From a virus (taxonomy: Duplodnaviria; Caudoviricetes), in IMG/VR virus record IMGVR_UViG_3300021978_000001, positions 1 to 64,000 of that record: 64,000 bases of DNA. The stretch is one strand, 5' to 3'. Position numbers and translations under genes: made by a program. Shown here piece after piece: positions 18,181-26,461 of this stretch. Within the stretch, counting starts at the first letter, position 1; each line of letters opens with the position of its first letter. The notes under the pieces are model-generated. The model had not been told where the DNA came from. It searched no databases and saw nothing but the letters and a program-made list of their open reading frames with translations.

Positions 18181-19578
18181 TCACTCGGCAGCAGCCACTT
18201 CCTGCTCGATCTTGCCGAAGATCGACGTCAAGGTCTTCTCCACGAGGGCGTTCAGGTCAGGCGCGACCTCACCACCGGACGCCAGGGGCTCCAGGTCGTG
18301 CGTCTTTGCCCAGGTCGTGACCGCGCGGTGCTCCAGGTTCATGCGCGTGACCACGAGGTCATGGTGACGCTCCAGGCGCTCGATCGCTTCCTCGACGACG
18401 TTGCTCGACTCGACAGGCTGCATGAACGCGTCGGTGTACTGCGTCGGCTGTTCATCGGTCACGGTCGCCAGGACGTAGGAGGCGGGGATGAGGGATGCCA
18501 TCGTGGTCTGCTGACCGCCCGCCTGATACTTGACCATCGACTGCAAGACCGCCGCGACCGCCTCACGCGTCAAGTCCACGACATCACCCGTATCGGTGGT
18601 GCCTTCGACGTACAGCGTGCGCATGAGCTGGTGGAGGTCGATCGCCACGAAGTCGTAGAAGACCGTCGAGGTCATCGTCTTGAAGCCGTTGTGCGCCGAT
18701 CCGGTGTTGGGATCGAACGCATCCGTCGCGGTGAAGAAATCCGAGTCACCCACATACTCGGTCACGCCGATGCTGTGCGCGAAGCGGATGGCGCCATCCG
18801 CAGCAGGCATGTTCGTGTCCGAGGCGATCATGCGCCCGAAGAGCCCGATGTCCACGTTGGGAGAGGCTTGCGCCGTGGCGAAGTCCTTCTGGATCTGTGC
18901 GAAGGTTTCCGCGACCTTCTCATTGTAGACGGTCTCCAGGAGGCTCTTGTACGCCTCTTCCTTGTCCTCGGTCTCTTCGGTCTCGGTCTCCTCGGTGTCA
19001 CTCGTCAGCGCGGTGATGGCGGGCTTGAGGTCTGCCATGCCGTCCACGAGCTTGTCGAGCGCGTCCACCAAGCAGGCTTCCTCACTCTGCTTGACCTTGA
19101 TCGAAGCCGAGAGCGTGCGCCCGTCCTTCTTGACGTCTCCCTTGTCGCTGTGTGCGAAAGCCTCGATGCCTCCCTGGCTGTAGGTGATGCCGTCCTTGAT
19201 GGCAGCCTCGAAGGCGGACTTGCTACACGTCTTCTTCTTGCCAAAGAGCGGCGCGAGCAAGAGCGCTGCGGCGTAGGCGAACACGGGGTCTGCGCCGTCC
19301 TCGATCGCATCCTCGGAGATCTTGTTGAGGATCGTGCGCGTGTTGGTGCTCATGGACTGCTTCTCACGCAAGCCGTCGAAGAACGGACCGTTGCGCATGA
19401 TGCTTTTCCGGCACTGCGAGGATTCGCGAGCACGCAGGACACCTGCAAAGTCAGAGACCTTGGGTTGCCCCTGCTTGTCGCGGTTGCGGTTGCCTGGTGC
19501 GCTCGGGAGCAGCACATGCAAAGCGATCAGCTTTGGCGTGATTGCCAGAAGGGTGTTGAGTGCGTTTTTCTTTGCCAT
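18181..19578 (-). CDS. cas7: Cas7e (CasC) backbone subunit
   Basis: NRNRDKQGQPK...RARESSQCRK, VDIGLFGRMIA, DFFTATD...GSAH motifs; start MAKK chosen from RBS spacing. Confidence 0.93.
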   Translation of the reverse strand: MAKKNALNTLLAITPKLIALHVLLPSAPGNRNRDKQGQPKVSDFAGVLRARESSQCRKSIMRNGPFFDGLREKQSMSTNTRTILNKISEDAIEDGADPVFAYAAALLLAPLFGKKKTCSKSAFEAAIKDGITYSQGGIEAFAHSDKGDVKKDGRTLSASIKVKQSEEACLVDALDKLVDGMADLKPAITALTSDTEETETEETEDKEEAYKSLLETVYNEKVAETFAQIQKDFATAQASPNVDIGLFGRMIASDTNMPAADGAIRFAHSIGVTEYVGDSDFFTATDAFDPNTGSAHNGFKTMTSTVFYDFVAIDLHQLMRTLYVEGTTDTGDVVDLTREAVAAVLQSMVKYQAGGQQTTMASLIPASYVLATVTDEQPTQYTDAFMQPVESSNVVEEAIERLERHHDLVVTRMNLEHRAVTTWAKTHDLEPLASGGEVAPDLNALVEKTLTSIFGKIEQEVAAAE

Positions 19579-19642
19579 TTTCATCTTCCTGTACTCGTAG
19601 TCGTGTGGAGCGGCACACCCCCATGGCGCGCCCTTCTCCGGG

Positions 19643-19671
19643 GGATCATTCCCACATGAGGTGGGAAGCAT
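19643..19671 (-). repeat. orphan degenerate CRISPR repeat upstream of cas7
   Basis: GGATCATTCCCACATGAGGTGGGAAGCAT (+): repeat-like with intact TCCCAC/GTGGGA stem. Confidence 0.7.
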
Positions 19672-19678
19672 GTTTTGG

Positions 19679-19708
19679 ACTATACGGTCCTATGCGATGC
19701 GTTGTCAA
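19679..19708 (-). promoter_or_regulatory. sigma70 promoter for cas7 (TTGACA-N18-TATAGT)
   Basis: near-consensus -35/-10 read on the minus strand between cas3 and the orphan repeat. Confidence 0.7.
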
Positions 19709-19717
19709 CACCTTTTT

Positions 19718-22339
19718 TTACGGTTTCTGTAAACCGAGGTATGCATCATACGAAAGCATGATAGCGCCGCCCTGTTCATCGACCATCGGGAGATCCCATC
19801 CATAGGAAGTCTTCGTGGCGATGACGACCTCGCGCGTTTGCTTGAAGGGGAAGCTATCCAGGATCGCCTCGGGAATCTCGGGGCGGTCGTATGCCCAGTA
19901 GATGGGGATGGTGATGCGTGAGCCAGAGCGTGTACCTGCGACCGGGACGAGGACGCCGTTCTCTTCATACCAGACCTCCCAACGCCTCGACGGGATGATG
20001 TCTCGGGTCTGGATGGGCTTCTCGCTCCCCCACAAGGCTGCGGACTTCGCGTAAGTCTTGCTAAAATCCAGCGTCCCACGTCTCGCCGTGTTGCCTGTAT
20101 CCTCATCGCGCAAGAGGACGCGCTCGTGTACATGCGCGAGCGACTTGGGGATCTCATCCTTGGCGCGGCGTAACAGCTCGCGTGTATCGCAAGGAAGCTG
20201 CCAGGGGTCTTTGCACAAGGAAGCGGAGGTGTAGAGCGTTGCGATGTCCGGGTAGATGTAGCGCGTGTCTTGCAGGCTCGGGCTGTGCTCGACCCACCGT
20301 GCGTCTGGTGTTCCGATCAGAGGAGGCGTGAAAAGCCCCATGCACACGTTGATACGTTCGCCGTCTTCGTGACGCAGGACACGTCCAGCGCGCTGGATAA
20401 GCAGGTCCACGTCACACACGTCGCTGATTCCCCAGTCAAAGCTCACGTCGAGGGATTCCTGCAAGACCTGGGTGCAGACCACGATCTTACCGCGCCGTGC
20501 ATCCTTCGGGGCGCCACGGCCAAAGGAGGTAACGAGAATCTCATCGCGCTTTTGACGGTCTGCGAGCGTATACCTCGAATGGGTCAAGATCACATCATCG
20601 TACCTGGCCTTGATCGCTTCATACGCACGACAGGCGGAGTTGACCGTGTTGCGGAACCAAACCACCGCCTCCCCATCATACGCGCGTTGCACGAGTTCAT
20701 TGACCACGGCATCGAGTGACCCCTGATCCTCGAAGATCTCCCAGTGAAGCTCGCGCTTCTGGTGTGGGTTGACCGACTGCACCTGGCGTATCGCGTCCCC
20801 CTGGACATACGTCATCGCGGGCAAGGTGGGTGGTGTGTCTGCTTTCGCGCGCCCGCTCGTGTATGCGTCAATAAGCATGGAGCGCGCTTCGGCGTCGCAT
20901 GTCGCTGACATCGCGATGACAGGTTGGCCCGCGCGTCCGCACCACTGGAGCAAGGCACACAGCAAGGGCATCATGTGTGCATCCATCGTGTGGACCTCAT
21001 CCAACACGAGCACCGAGCGGGAGAGCGCGGCGAGACGCATGGGCGCGAAGTACCTCGGAATCACCGCCAGCAAGAGCTGGTCGATGGTGCAGACATTGAC
21101 CTGGGAGAAGAGCGCTTGACGTGAGGACGAGTTGAGCCACTCCGACGCGGTGAGGGTTCCCCCCTGGGAATCCTTCAAGATGCGCCACGTTCTGTTCTCC
21201 TGGCGCGAGGAGTGAATCAGGGAGAGGGTGGGAGGCTCGGTGAACGAAACCTCTGCGTATTCCATGACCCGAGGGAAGATCCCGTTGGCCGTGGCGCGTG
21301 TCGGGAGCGCGAAGGTGATGCCCTTGCATCCGCTCTTGTGCATCATCTCCCTGGCGAGCGCGAGCCCTGCTTCTGTCTTACCCGCGCCTGTGGCGTCCTC
21401 GATCAAGATGAAGCCTTCCCCCTCGATCTGCCTCGCCATGCCCTGTGCGGCGCGCTGGAGAGGTCTGGGGCTATGTTCTGGTGCGAGGAGTCCTTCCCAA
21501 AACTCGGTCTCGCGTACCGGCACATGCGCGAACTGCACATCCTCATACGCGCGCGTCGCGCCCGAGAGCGCGTAGCAATGCCAGTACGTCCTCGGGTCCA
21601 TCCAATCGCCGTGGAGCGTGAAGTAATCCTGGGTCGAACCGAGCCAATCACTGATCTGGCCAATCCCGGCGAGCAACCAGGACGCACGTTCCATGTCGGG
21701 CGCCTTGGTGTAATCGCCTTGCAAGCCCCCCATCGCGAGCTTGATCGCCTCACAATGCGCCTCGAAGCGCTCCTGCGTATTGCGAACCTTGACGCCGTTC
21801 TCGACATCCGCCCACTGCTCGCTGGCCTTGGGTCGGTTGTTCGGGTCGATCCCGGTTTTCTTTTGGAAGGGGAGCGCGTAGCCATGGTGCGAGAAGCTCG
21901 CGTGCAAGAGCGCGTTGATCTCTCGCTTCCCCACGCCAAGGAAGCCCTGGACCTTGCGTAGCATGGTGTATCCCACGAGATCATGGCGCATCTCCGCGCC
22001 GGGGATCTCCAGGATAGGCTTTGGCTCGAAGGGTTCGAGCGAGTTCAGGTACGCGACCGCCTGCGCGCTCTTTGCCTGAAAGTTGTCGGTGAGCTTCCCG
22101 AGGTCATGGAACATGTACAGGAGAGCCATGTCATGCATGAGGACATGCCTTGAGACCCCGAGAGCTTCACAAAGTTGGCGGCCCCATTCATCCTCGCGCT
22201 GGAGCATGACATAGACACAGCCCGCGACATCCATATTGTGGTACAACACGAGGTGGATGCCCTGGACGGGCGCCTCGCTGCCGGGCGACTGGTCGGTCTT
22301 TGCCCAGCAGCGGTTGTAGGGTAGGAAGTGGGTGGACAT
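19718..22339 (-). CDS. cas3: Cas3 HD nuclease-SF2 helicase
   Basis: HNMDVA, FHDLGK, SHHG, SDWLGS (HD); DATGAGKTE, DEVH, MSAT, LIQRAGRVLRH (helicase). Confidence 0.96.
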   Translation of the reverse strand: MSTHFLPYNRCWAKTDQSPGSEAPVQGIHLVLYHNMDVAGCVYVMLQREDEWGRQLCEALGVSRHVLMHDMALLYMFHDLGKLTDNFQAKSAQAVAYLNSLEPFEPKPILEIPGAEMRHDLVGYTMLRKVQGFLGVGKREINALLHASFSHHGYALPFQKKTGIDPNNRPKASEQWADVENGVKVRNTQERFEAHCEAIKLAMGGLQGDYTKAPDMERASWLLAGIGQISDWLGSTQDYFTLHGDWMDPRTYWHCYALSGATRAYEDVQFAHVPVRETEFWEGLLAPEHSPRPLQRAAQGMARQIEGEGFILIEDATGAGKTEAGLALAREMMHKSGCKGITFALPTRATANGIFPRVMEYAEVSFTEPPTLSLIHSSRQENRTWRILKDSQGGTLTASEWLNSSSRQALFSQVNVCTIDQLLLAVIPRYFAPMRLAALSRSVLVLDEVHTMDAHMMPLLCALLQWCGRAGQPVIAMSATCDAEARSMLIDAYTSGRAKADTPPTLPAMTYVQGDAIRQVQSVNPHQKRELHWEIFEDQGSLDAVVNELVQRAYDGEAVVWFRNTVNSACRAYEAIKARYDDVILTHSRYTLADRQKRDEILVTSFGRGAPKDARRGKIVVCTQVLQESLDVSFDWGISDVCDVDLLIQRAGRVLRHEDGERINVCMGLFTPPLIGTPDARWVEHSPSLQDTRYIYPDIATLYTSASLCKDPWQLPCDTRELLRRAKDEIPKSLAHVHERVLLRDEDTGNTARRGTLDFSKTYAKSAALWGSEKPIQTRDIIPSRRWEVWYEENGVLVPVAGTRSGSRITIPIYWAYDRPEIPEAILDSFPFKQTREVVIATKTSYGWDLPMVDEQGGAIMLSYDAYLGLQKP

Positions 22340-22385
22340 GGGAAACCTCTCTGTCCTTTTGGGAGAATGAGTATCAGATTCCTGA

Positions 22386-22410
22386 TACCATAAACGAGAG
22401 GTTGTGTAAA
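22386..22410 (-). promoter_or_regulatory. promoter for cas3 (TTTACA-N12-TATGGTA)
   Basis: recurring motif about 45 nt upstream of the cas3 start. Confidence 0.65.
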
Positions 22411-22432
22411 GTGAAAGCGCTATCAGGAGCGC

Positions 22433-22714
22433 TTAGTAATCACCCATGATGTAGTGGTCGAAGGAAGCGTAGTAAACACACTGGAAACCGCACTCGCACA
22501 CGAAACCCTGACGGGGATAGCACTGCCGGATTTCCGCAGGAGACATCAATTCGGCGGAAGGCCGATGAAAATTGATCGTGCCTACCGTCTTCCCGCACTT
22601 CTGGCACGTCATCTCGTGCAGCTCTTCCTGGGGTGTGAAGTCGTCTGGTCGAGGGGGAGGTTCGGTAGGCCCCATGATAAAGGCCATCGCGGCTTTCATT
22701 TCATCGTCTGTCAT
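22433..22714 (-). CDS. small Zn-binding protein
   Basis: CQKC and CECGFQC motifs, 93 aa. Confidence 0.6.
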   Translation of the reverse strand: MTDDEMKAAMAFIMGPTEPPPRPDDFTPQEELHEMTCQKCGKTVGTINFHRPSAELMSPAEIRQCYPRQGFVCECGFQCVYYASFDHYIMGDY

Positions 22715-23004
22715 TAGCTTCTCTCGACGTAAAGGGCATTCATGCGCTGTAGATGGTCTTCACGCTCGAATTGTTCTTTGAGCTTTTTCGCTTCATCACG
22801 GCGATCACGCTGCGTCTCCTGGTAGCGGATCACGAGAAGATTCATCACCCTTCGGTGATAGACCTCGGTAAGCTCGCAAGGTTCTGTCTCTGCGCGCAAG
22901 ACATCCGCAGGCTCTACCTGCAAGGCTTCGGCCAGTTGGTAAATGTCGAAACCGAGCGCGTCTCGAAGGGTCTGGAGTTCGAGGGTTTTGGAGAAAGTAG
23001 CCAT
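22714..23004 (-). CDS. XRE-like helix-turn-helix protein
   Basis: LQTLRDALGFDIYQLAEALQVEPADVLRAE resembles an XRE HTH; AAAGGA RBS right after the array 4 trailer. Confidence 0.6.
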   Translation of the reverse strand: MATFSKTLELQTLRDALGFDIYQLAEALQVEPADVLRAETEPCELTEVYHRRVMNLLVIRYQETQRDRRDEAKKLKEQFEREDHLQRMNALYVERS

Positions 23005-23017
23005 GATCAATCCTTTG

Positions 23018-23279
23018 GTGGTGTCCCCACAAAGGTGGGGAATATGTTGGGAGCGAACTGTGCGCCGGACCATCCCCACAAAGGTGGGGAACACGTGTCA
23101 TCAGGACACACGCCTTGGAGAGTTGTAGGACCATCCCCGCGCATGCGCGGGGAACACAGGATGTCCCCGATCTCGGGCAGTATCCATTCGGGACCATCCC
23201 CGCATACGCGGGGAACACCCGAGATCATAGCTGATGCCCGTCTCGGTTGTGGGACCATCCCCGCATACGCGGGGAACAC
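23018..23279 (-). CRISPR. type I-E array 4 (5 repeats, 4 spacers)
   Basis: repeats at 23018, 23067, 23128 (30 bp), 23191, 23252. Confidence 0.92.
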
Positions 23280-23374
23280 TCTGAGACATCTTGTCACACC
23301 TGATCGCACCGAACCTCACGACTCCTCTCGAAGCCATGAAAGCGAGGTTACACTACTTGACGCATGTCCGTCAA
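23280..23374 (-). promoter_or_regulatory. longer leader A with putative promoter (TTGACG-N13-TAGTGTA)
   Basis: TCTGAGACATCTTGTCACA at the array edge; promoter-like motif 23349-23374 containing palindromic TTGACG/CGTCAA. Confidence 0.55.
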
Positions 23375-23401
23375 GTGAAAGACCACATCAAGTGCCAAAT
23401 C

Positions 23402-23525
23402 GAGCCATCCCTGCACATGCAGGGAACAGTGAGCAGACATGCCATGTCGTTTCAGTAACTTGCGGACCATCCCCACATGTATGGGGAATACGAATCAAAA
23501 GTTACGCTTCAGAACCATCCCCCGC
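23402..23525 (-). CRISPR. degenerate array remnant (2 repeats plus a half repeat)
   Basis: repeats at 23402 and 23464; GAACCATCCCCCGC half repeat at 23512 ending at a gene stop. Confidence 0.7.
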
Positions 23526-23921
23526 CTAAGCATCTCGTGTAGTGGTACATGCCTTTTGGGGCGTTTCGGTGGTTCCAACGTGCGGAGCGTAAAGTGTCGT
23601 ACATTCGATGCTCTCCAATCCAAGGGCGTCTCGGAGGTCGTGGAGGACCAGGGAGACTTCGGTTGCCAGGGGGTGAGGGCGTCCCCTGTTGTAGTTCTTG
23701 ACCATGTTCGTGGCGGCGAGTTGTTTCCTCATCTCTTTGCAGCACTCGAAGGCAATTTCGAGCCTGTCCTGTACGTGTTCGGGGCGGCTGATTTTTCGGG
23801 TGCAGGCACCCAGGGTCTTGGCGCAAGCGCGCACCACTTCGTTCCCGTCATCCCAGCGCACAGCCTGTGCGATCACTTCGATGGTCACGTTCTTCAGTTG
23901 CTCGATCGTTGCGTCTTCCAT
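23526..23921 (-). CDS. hypothetical protein
   Basis: MEDATIEQ start after AAGGAG RBS, promoter motif upstream. Confidence 0.65.
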   Translation of the reverse strand: MEDATIEQLKNVTIEVIAQAVRWDDGNEVVRACAKTLGACTRKISRPEHVQDRLEIAFECCKEMRKQLAATNMVKNYNRGRPHPLATEVSLVLHDLRDALGLESIECTTLYAPHVGTTETPQKACTTTRDA

Positions 23922-23971
23922 GGGTCGGCTCCTTGTGGTGTGTGCCGTTGTCTTGTCGTTACATCTACTGG

Positions 23972-23996
23972 TACCACAAGGAGCCATGACCGTAAA
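23972..23996 (-). promoter_or_regulatory. early promoter TTTACG-N12-TGTGGTA
   Basis: recurring motif. Confidence 0.7.
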
Positions 23997-24013
23997 AACT
24001 TTCTGTGAAGTTT

Positions 24014-24631
24014 TTATCGGGACCAGCGCTCACCCTGGAAGGTGTGCCCGCTTTCGCGGCTTTCTCCGGGCGTGATCGTGCCATGGGTCGCGAGCGCTTT
24101 TCGGGTGAGCTTTTCGAGGTGGGCGTTGTAGGTGAGGGTAAAGAGCGCGCGGACATCATAGTGATTCATGCCGCGCCCCTTGCAGCGGGACTCGAACTCG
24201 GGCATGTACGGGTCCATACCCGGGTTGGTCTCGCGTGGCACCCAACAGATACCATCCTCGAACGCAGAAGCCGCAGCATCCTGTGCCCAGGAGATCACAT
24301 CGTTGAGCGTCCCTGTGGGGAGCCTCTTGACGCGACGGTCTTTCTTGGCAGCTTCGAGCGCGACCTCGTAACACTGTCCGAGCAAGCTGTCGTATGTGAG
24401 CTGTCCTGTAAGCTCGTGTACCTGGTCTGCGGGAGGTTGGACACCGCGCAGGGTTGTTGTGATCAGCTCGATCGTCTGACGTTGCGTGCGAAACTGCGTA
24501 TCCTCGGAGTCAATGAGGTCGGCTTGAATAGCCATCGTCACCGCGAGGCGGTAGTTCTCGATGTTTGGCTCACGGTTGTAGCGCGTCACCGCGCCAAGTA
24601 CCTCGGGTTTCGTCGGTGTGGAGTCTGTCAT
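24014..24631 (-). CDS. hypothetical protein
   Basis: 205-aa ORF with GAGG RBS. Confidence 0.6.
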   Translation of the reverse strand: MTDSTPTKPEVLGAVTRYNREPNIENYRLAVTMAIQADLIDSEDTQFRTQRQTIELITTTLRGVQPPADQVHELTGQLTYDSLLGQCYEVALEAAKKDRRVKRLPTGTLNDVISWAQDAAASAFEDGICWVPRETNPGMDPYMPEFESRCKGRGMNHYDVRALFTLTYNAHLEKLTRKALATHGTITPGESRESGHTFQGERWSR

Positions 24632-24635
24632 AGGG

Positions 24636-25031
24636 TCACCTCACAGGGATGTAGTGGATAGGGACATGCTCGTCCCTGTACTCGATCGTGGGGATGGGTA
24701 CCCAGTGCGAACGGCCAGGGGGCATGAAAGTATCACGCGGTGGGATGTAACACCATACCTCTTCGAGCTGGGGCTTTTCCTTGGCAGGTCCGTAAGCCGC
24801 GCAGCTTACATGTTTGACCTTGCTGTAGAAGCTGCGCATCCGCGCGAGATCACGAGAGGTCATGGGGCGGGGCTTACCGGAGAGGTCGGTCAACCAGATG
24901 AGCCCGACATAAGTACCCCCCTCATACAAGGCGGGATACCAGCCGCGCTCTTTCGGGAGTCCTTCTGCTTGCGCGAAGGGGATGGCGCCGTCTTCGGTGA
25001 ATCCGATGTAGGTCAGTTGTAGATAAAGCAT
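24636..25031 (-). CDS. hypothetical protein
   Basis: TGATG overlap with the upstream gene; Tyr/Trp/Pro-rich ~131 aa. Confidence 0.5.
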   Translation of the reverse strand: MLYLQLTYIGFTEDGAIPFAQAEGLPKERGWYPALYEGGTYVGLIWLTDLSGKPRPMTSRDLARMRSFYSKVKHVSCAAYGPAKEKPQLEEVWCYIPPRDTFMPPGRSHWVPIPTIEYRDEHVPIHYIPVR

Positions 25032-25453
25032 CACTTGTGACTCACATTCCCGCCCGCGTGAACACTACCGCCCACAGCCTTGCAGTTCACGTTGCCGCCA
25101 GCGCGCACGGACCCCACGACGGCCTTGCAGTTCACGTTGGAGGTAGCGTGAACATCGCCGCCCACGGCCTTGCAGTTCACGTTACCACCTGCGCGCACGT
25201 CACCCTCGACATTTCCACGCACTTCGACCGAGGCATCACACTCGACGAGAGAGACATCGCCCTCGATGACCACACGGACAATGCGACCTTCGTCGGAGCC
25301 TTCGACCCGCTCACCATCGACGAAAACTTCATCGTTGATGATCGAGACGTTCTGACCACGGTAGGTTTTTCCATTGACGGTGACGGTGCCGTTTCCGCTC
25401 ACAATGTTACTGCCCCCGACCTGAATGTTTCCGTTACCCTTGATTTTCATCAT
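25031..25453 (-). CDS. beta-solenoid repeat protein (bactofilin/adhesin-like)
   Basis: three 15-aa repeats (GG/TS)NVNCKAV(G/V)G(D/S)V(H/R)A; AAAAGGA RBS after the array 5 trailer. Confidence 0.65.
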   Translation of the reverse strand: MMKIKGNGNIQVGGSNIVSGNGTVTVNGKTYRGQNVSIINDEVFVDGERVEGSDEGRIVRVVIEGDVSLVECDASVEVRGNVEGDVRAGGNVNCKAVGGDVHATSNVNCKAVVGSVRAGGNVNCKAVGGSVHAGGNVSHK

Positions 25454-25472
25454 GTGTGTTTCCTTTTGATAG

Positions 25473-25628
25473 AGGTTAGCCCCGCATGTGCGGGGAACGC
25501 ACTGGCGGTGTACGAGTTCGTGCAGCGGTTCGGGCCAGGACCATCCCCACATACATGGGGAAATACTTTTGGGATCTTGTCCTGCGGTTCCTGTTCGAGC
25601 GGACCATCCCCGCAGAGGCGGGGAACTA
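25473..25628 (-). CRISPR. type I-E array 5 (3 repeats, 2 spacers), no leader seen
   Basis: repeats at 25473, 25538, 25601; last repeat abuts the stop codon of the embedded ORF. Confidence 0.85.
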
Positions 25629-25859
25629 TCAAATACGCCCTTGCTCTTGCATGCGCCCATGCATCTCAAGAGCATCGAGGTTTGCCTGGCTCTCTGTATC
25701 TGCGGTACCCCCAGCCAGGGTGATGGTCTCTGCTCCTCCACCAACGCTGGGGATAACCTCTTCGATGTACCAGCGCCACTGGTTATCCTCGGGATCTGCG
25801 AAGCTGAATTTCGCTCTGTACTCGTCTGGACTTGAAATTCGTACCGTAATCATGAGCAT
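25629..25859 (-). CDS. small hypothetical protein lying between two CRISPR repeats
   Basis: 76-aa ORF MLMITVRISSPDEYRAKF... filling the 260-nt gap between repeats 25601 and 25889. Confidence 0.55.
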   Translation of the reverse strand: MLMITVRISSPDEYRAKFSFADPEDNQWRWYIEEVIPSVGGGAETITLAGGTADTESQANLDALEMHGRMQEQGRI

Positions 25860-25888
25860 TCTCGTTGTTGGTGCCCCTTGGGGCGGTT

Positions 25889-26282
25889 GGACCATCCCCG
25901 CACACGCGGGGAACATCGGACAGGGAACTTAGGCGCGCGATGGCGTCCCGGGCCATCCCCGCATACGCGGGGAACATCCACTCAGGGGATCGATGTACGC
26001 AAAACGTATCGGACCATCCCCGCACACGCGGGGAACACACCACGGCCACAGTACAAGCCGGGATCACCGCCGGACCATCCCCGCATGTGCGGGGAACACG
26101 CACTTGACGAGCGCTGTCTTGCAGAGTGATGGGAACCATCCCCGCATGCGCGAGGAATACGGTGCGGGTGTCTGGAGGTGTCCCTTGATGTCCGAACCAT
26201 CCCCGCACGTGCGGGGAACACGATGCCATCCGCACCAACGGCCCTCGCAATCTCGAACCATCCCCGCACGTGCGGGGAACAC
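25889..26282 (-). CRISPR. type I-E array 6 (7 repeats, 6 spacers)
   Basis: repeats at 25889, 25950, 26011, 26072, 26133, 26194, 26255 at 61-bp period. Confidence 0.95.
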
Positions 26283-26399
26283 TCTTCAAATGTTCAGTCC
26301 TCTAAGCCCTCGGATTCCTTACAGAATCCTCAGACCCCCTCGAACCCGTTTCCCTGTACCGAGTCAAAAGGTACCGCAACATCCCAAACCCTGTCAAGC
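26283..26399 (-). promoter_or_regulatory. leader family B with promoter (TTGACA-N13-TGCGGTA)
   Basis: about 117-bp sequence conserved at 29057 and 31212. Confidence 0.8.
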
Positions 26400-26461
26400 C
26401 CTGTTTTGCAGAATCTTTTGTTCTCCGGGTATGAGTAGGGCCTTCACGCAGGGAGACACAC

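Noticed and set aside
13837-19659. Long + strand ORFs 13837-15813 (658 aa) and 17806-19659 (617 aa)
   Set aside because: Antisense shadows of cas8e-cas11 and cas7 caused by high-GC codon bias; no motifs
19715-19745. Plus-strand TTTACG...GAGGTA promoter-like sequence antisense to cas3
   Set aside because: It overlaps the cas3 stop codon and the match is poor, so it is probably coincidental
26283-26310. IHF site in leader B
   Set aside because: TTCAAATGTTCA matches WATCAANNNNTTR only weakly (3 mismatches)
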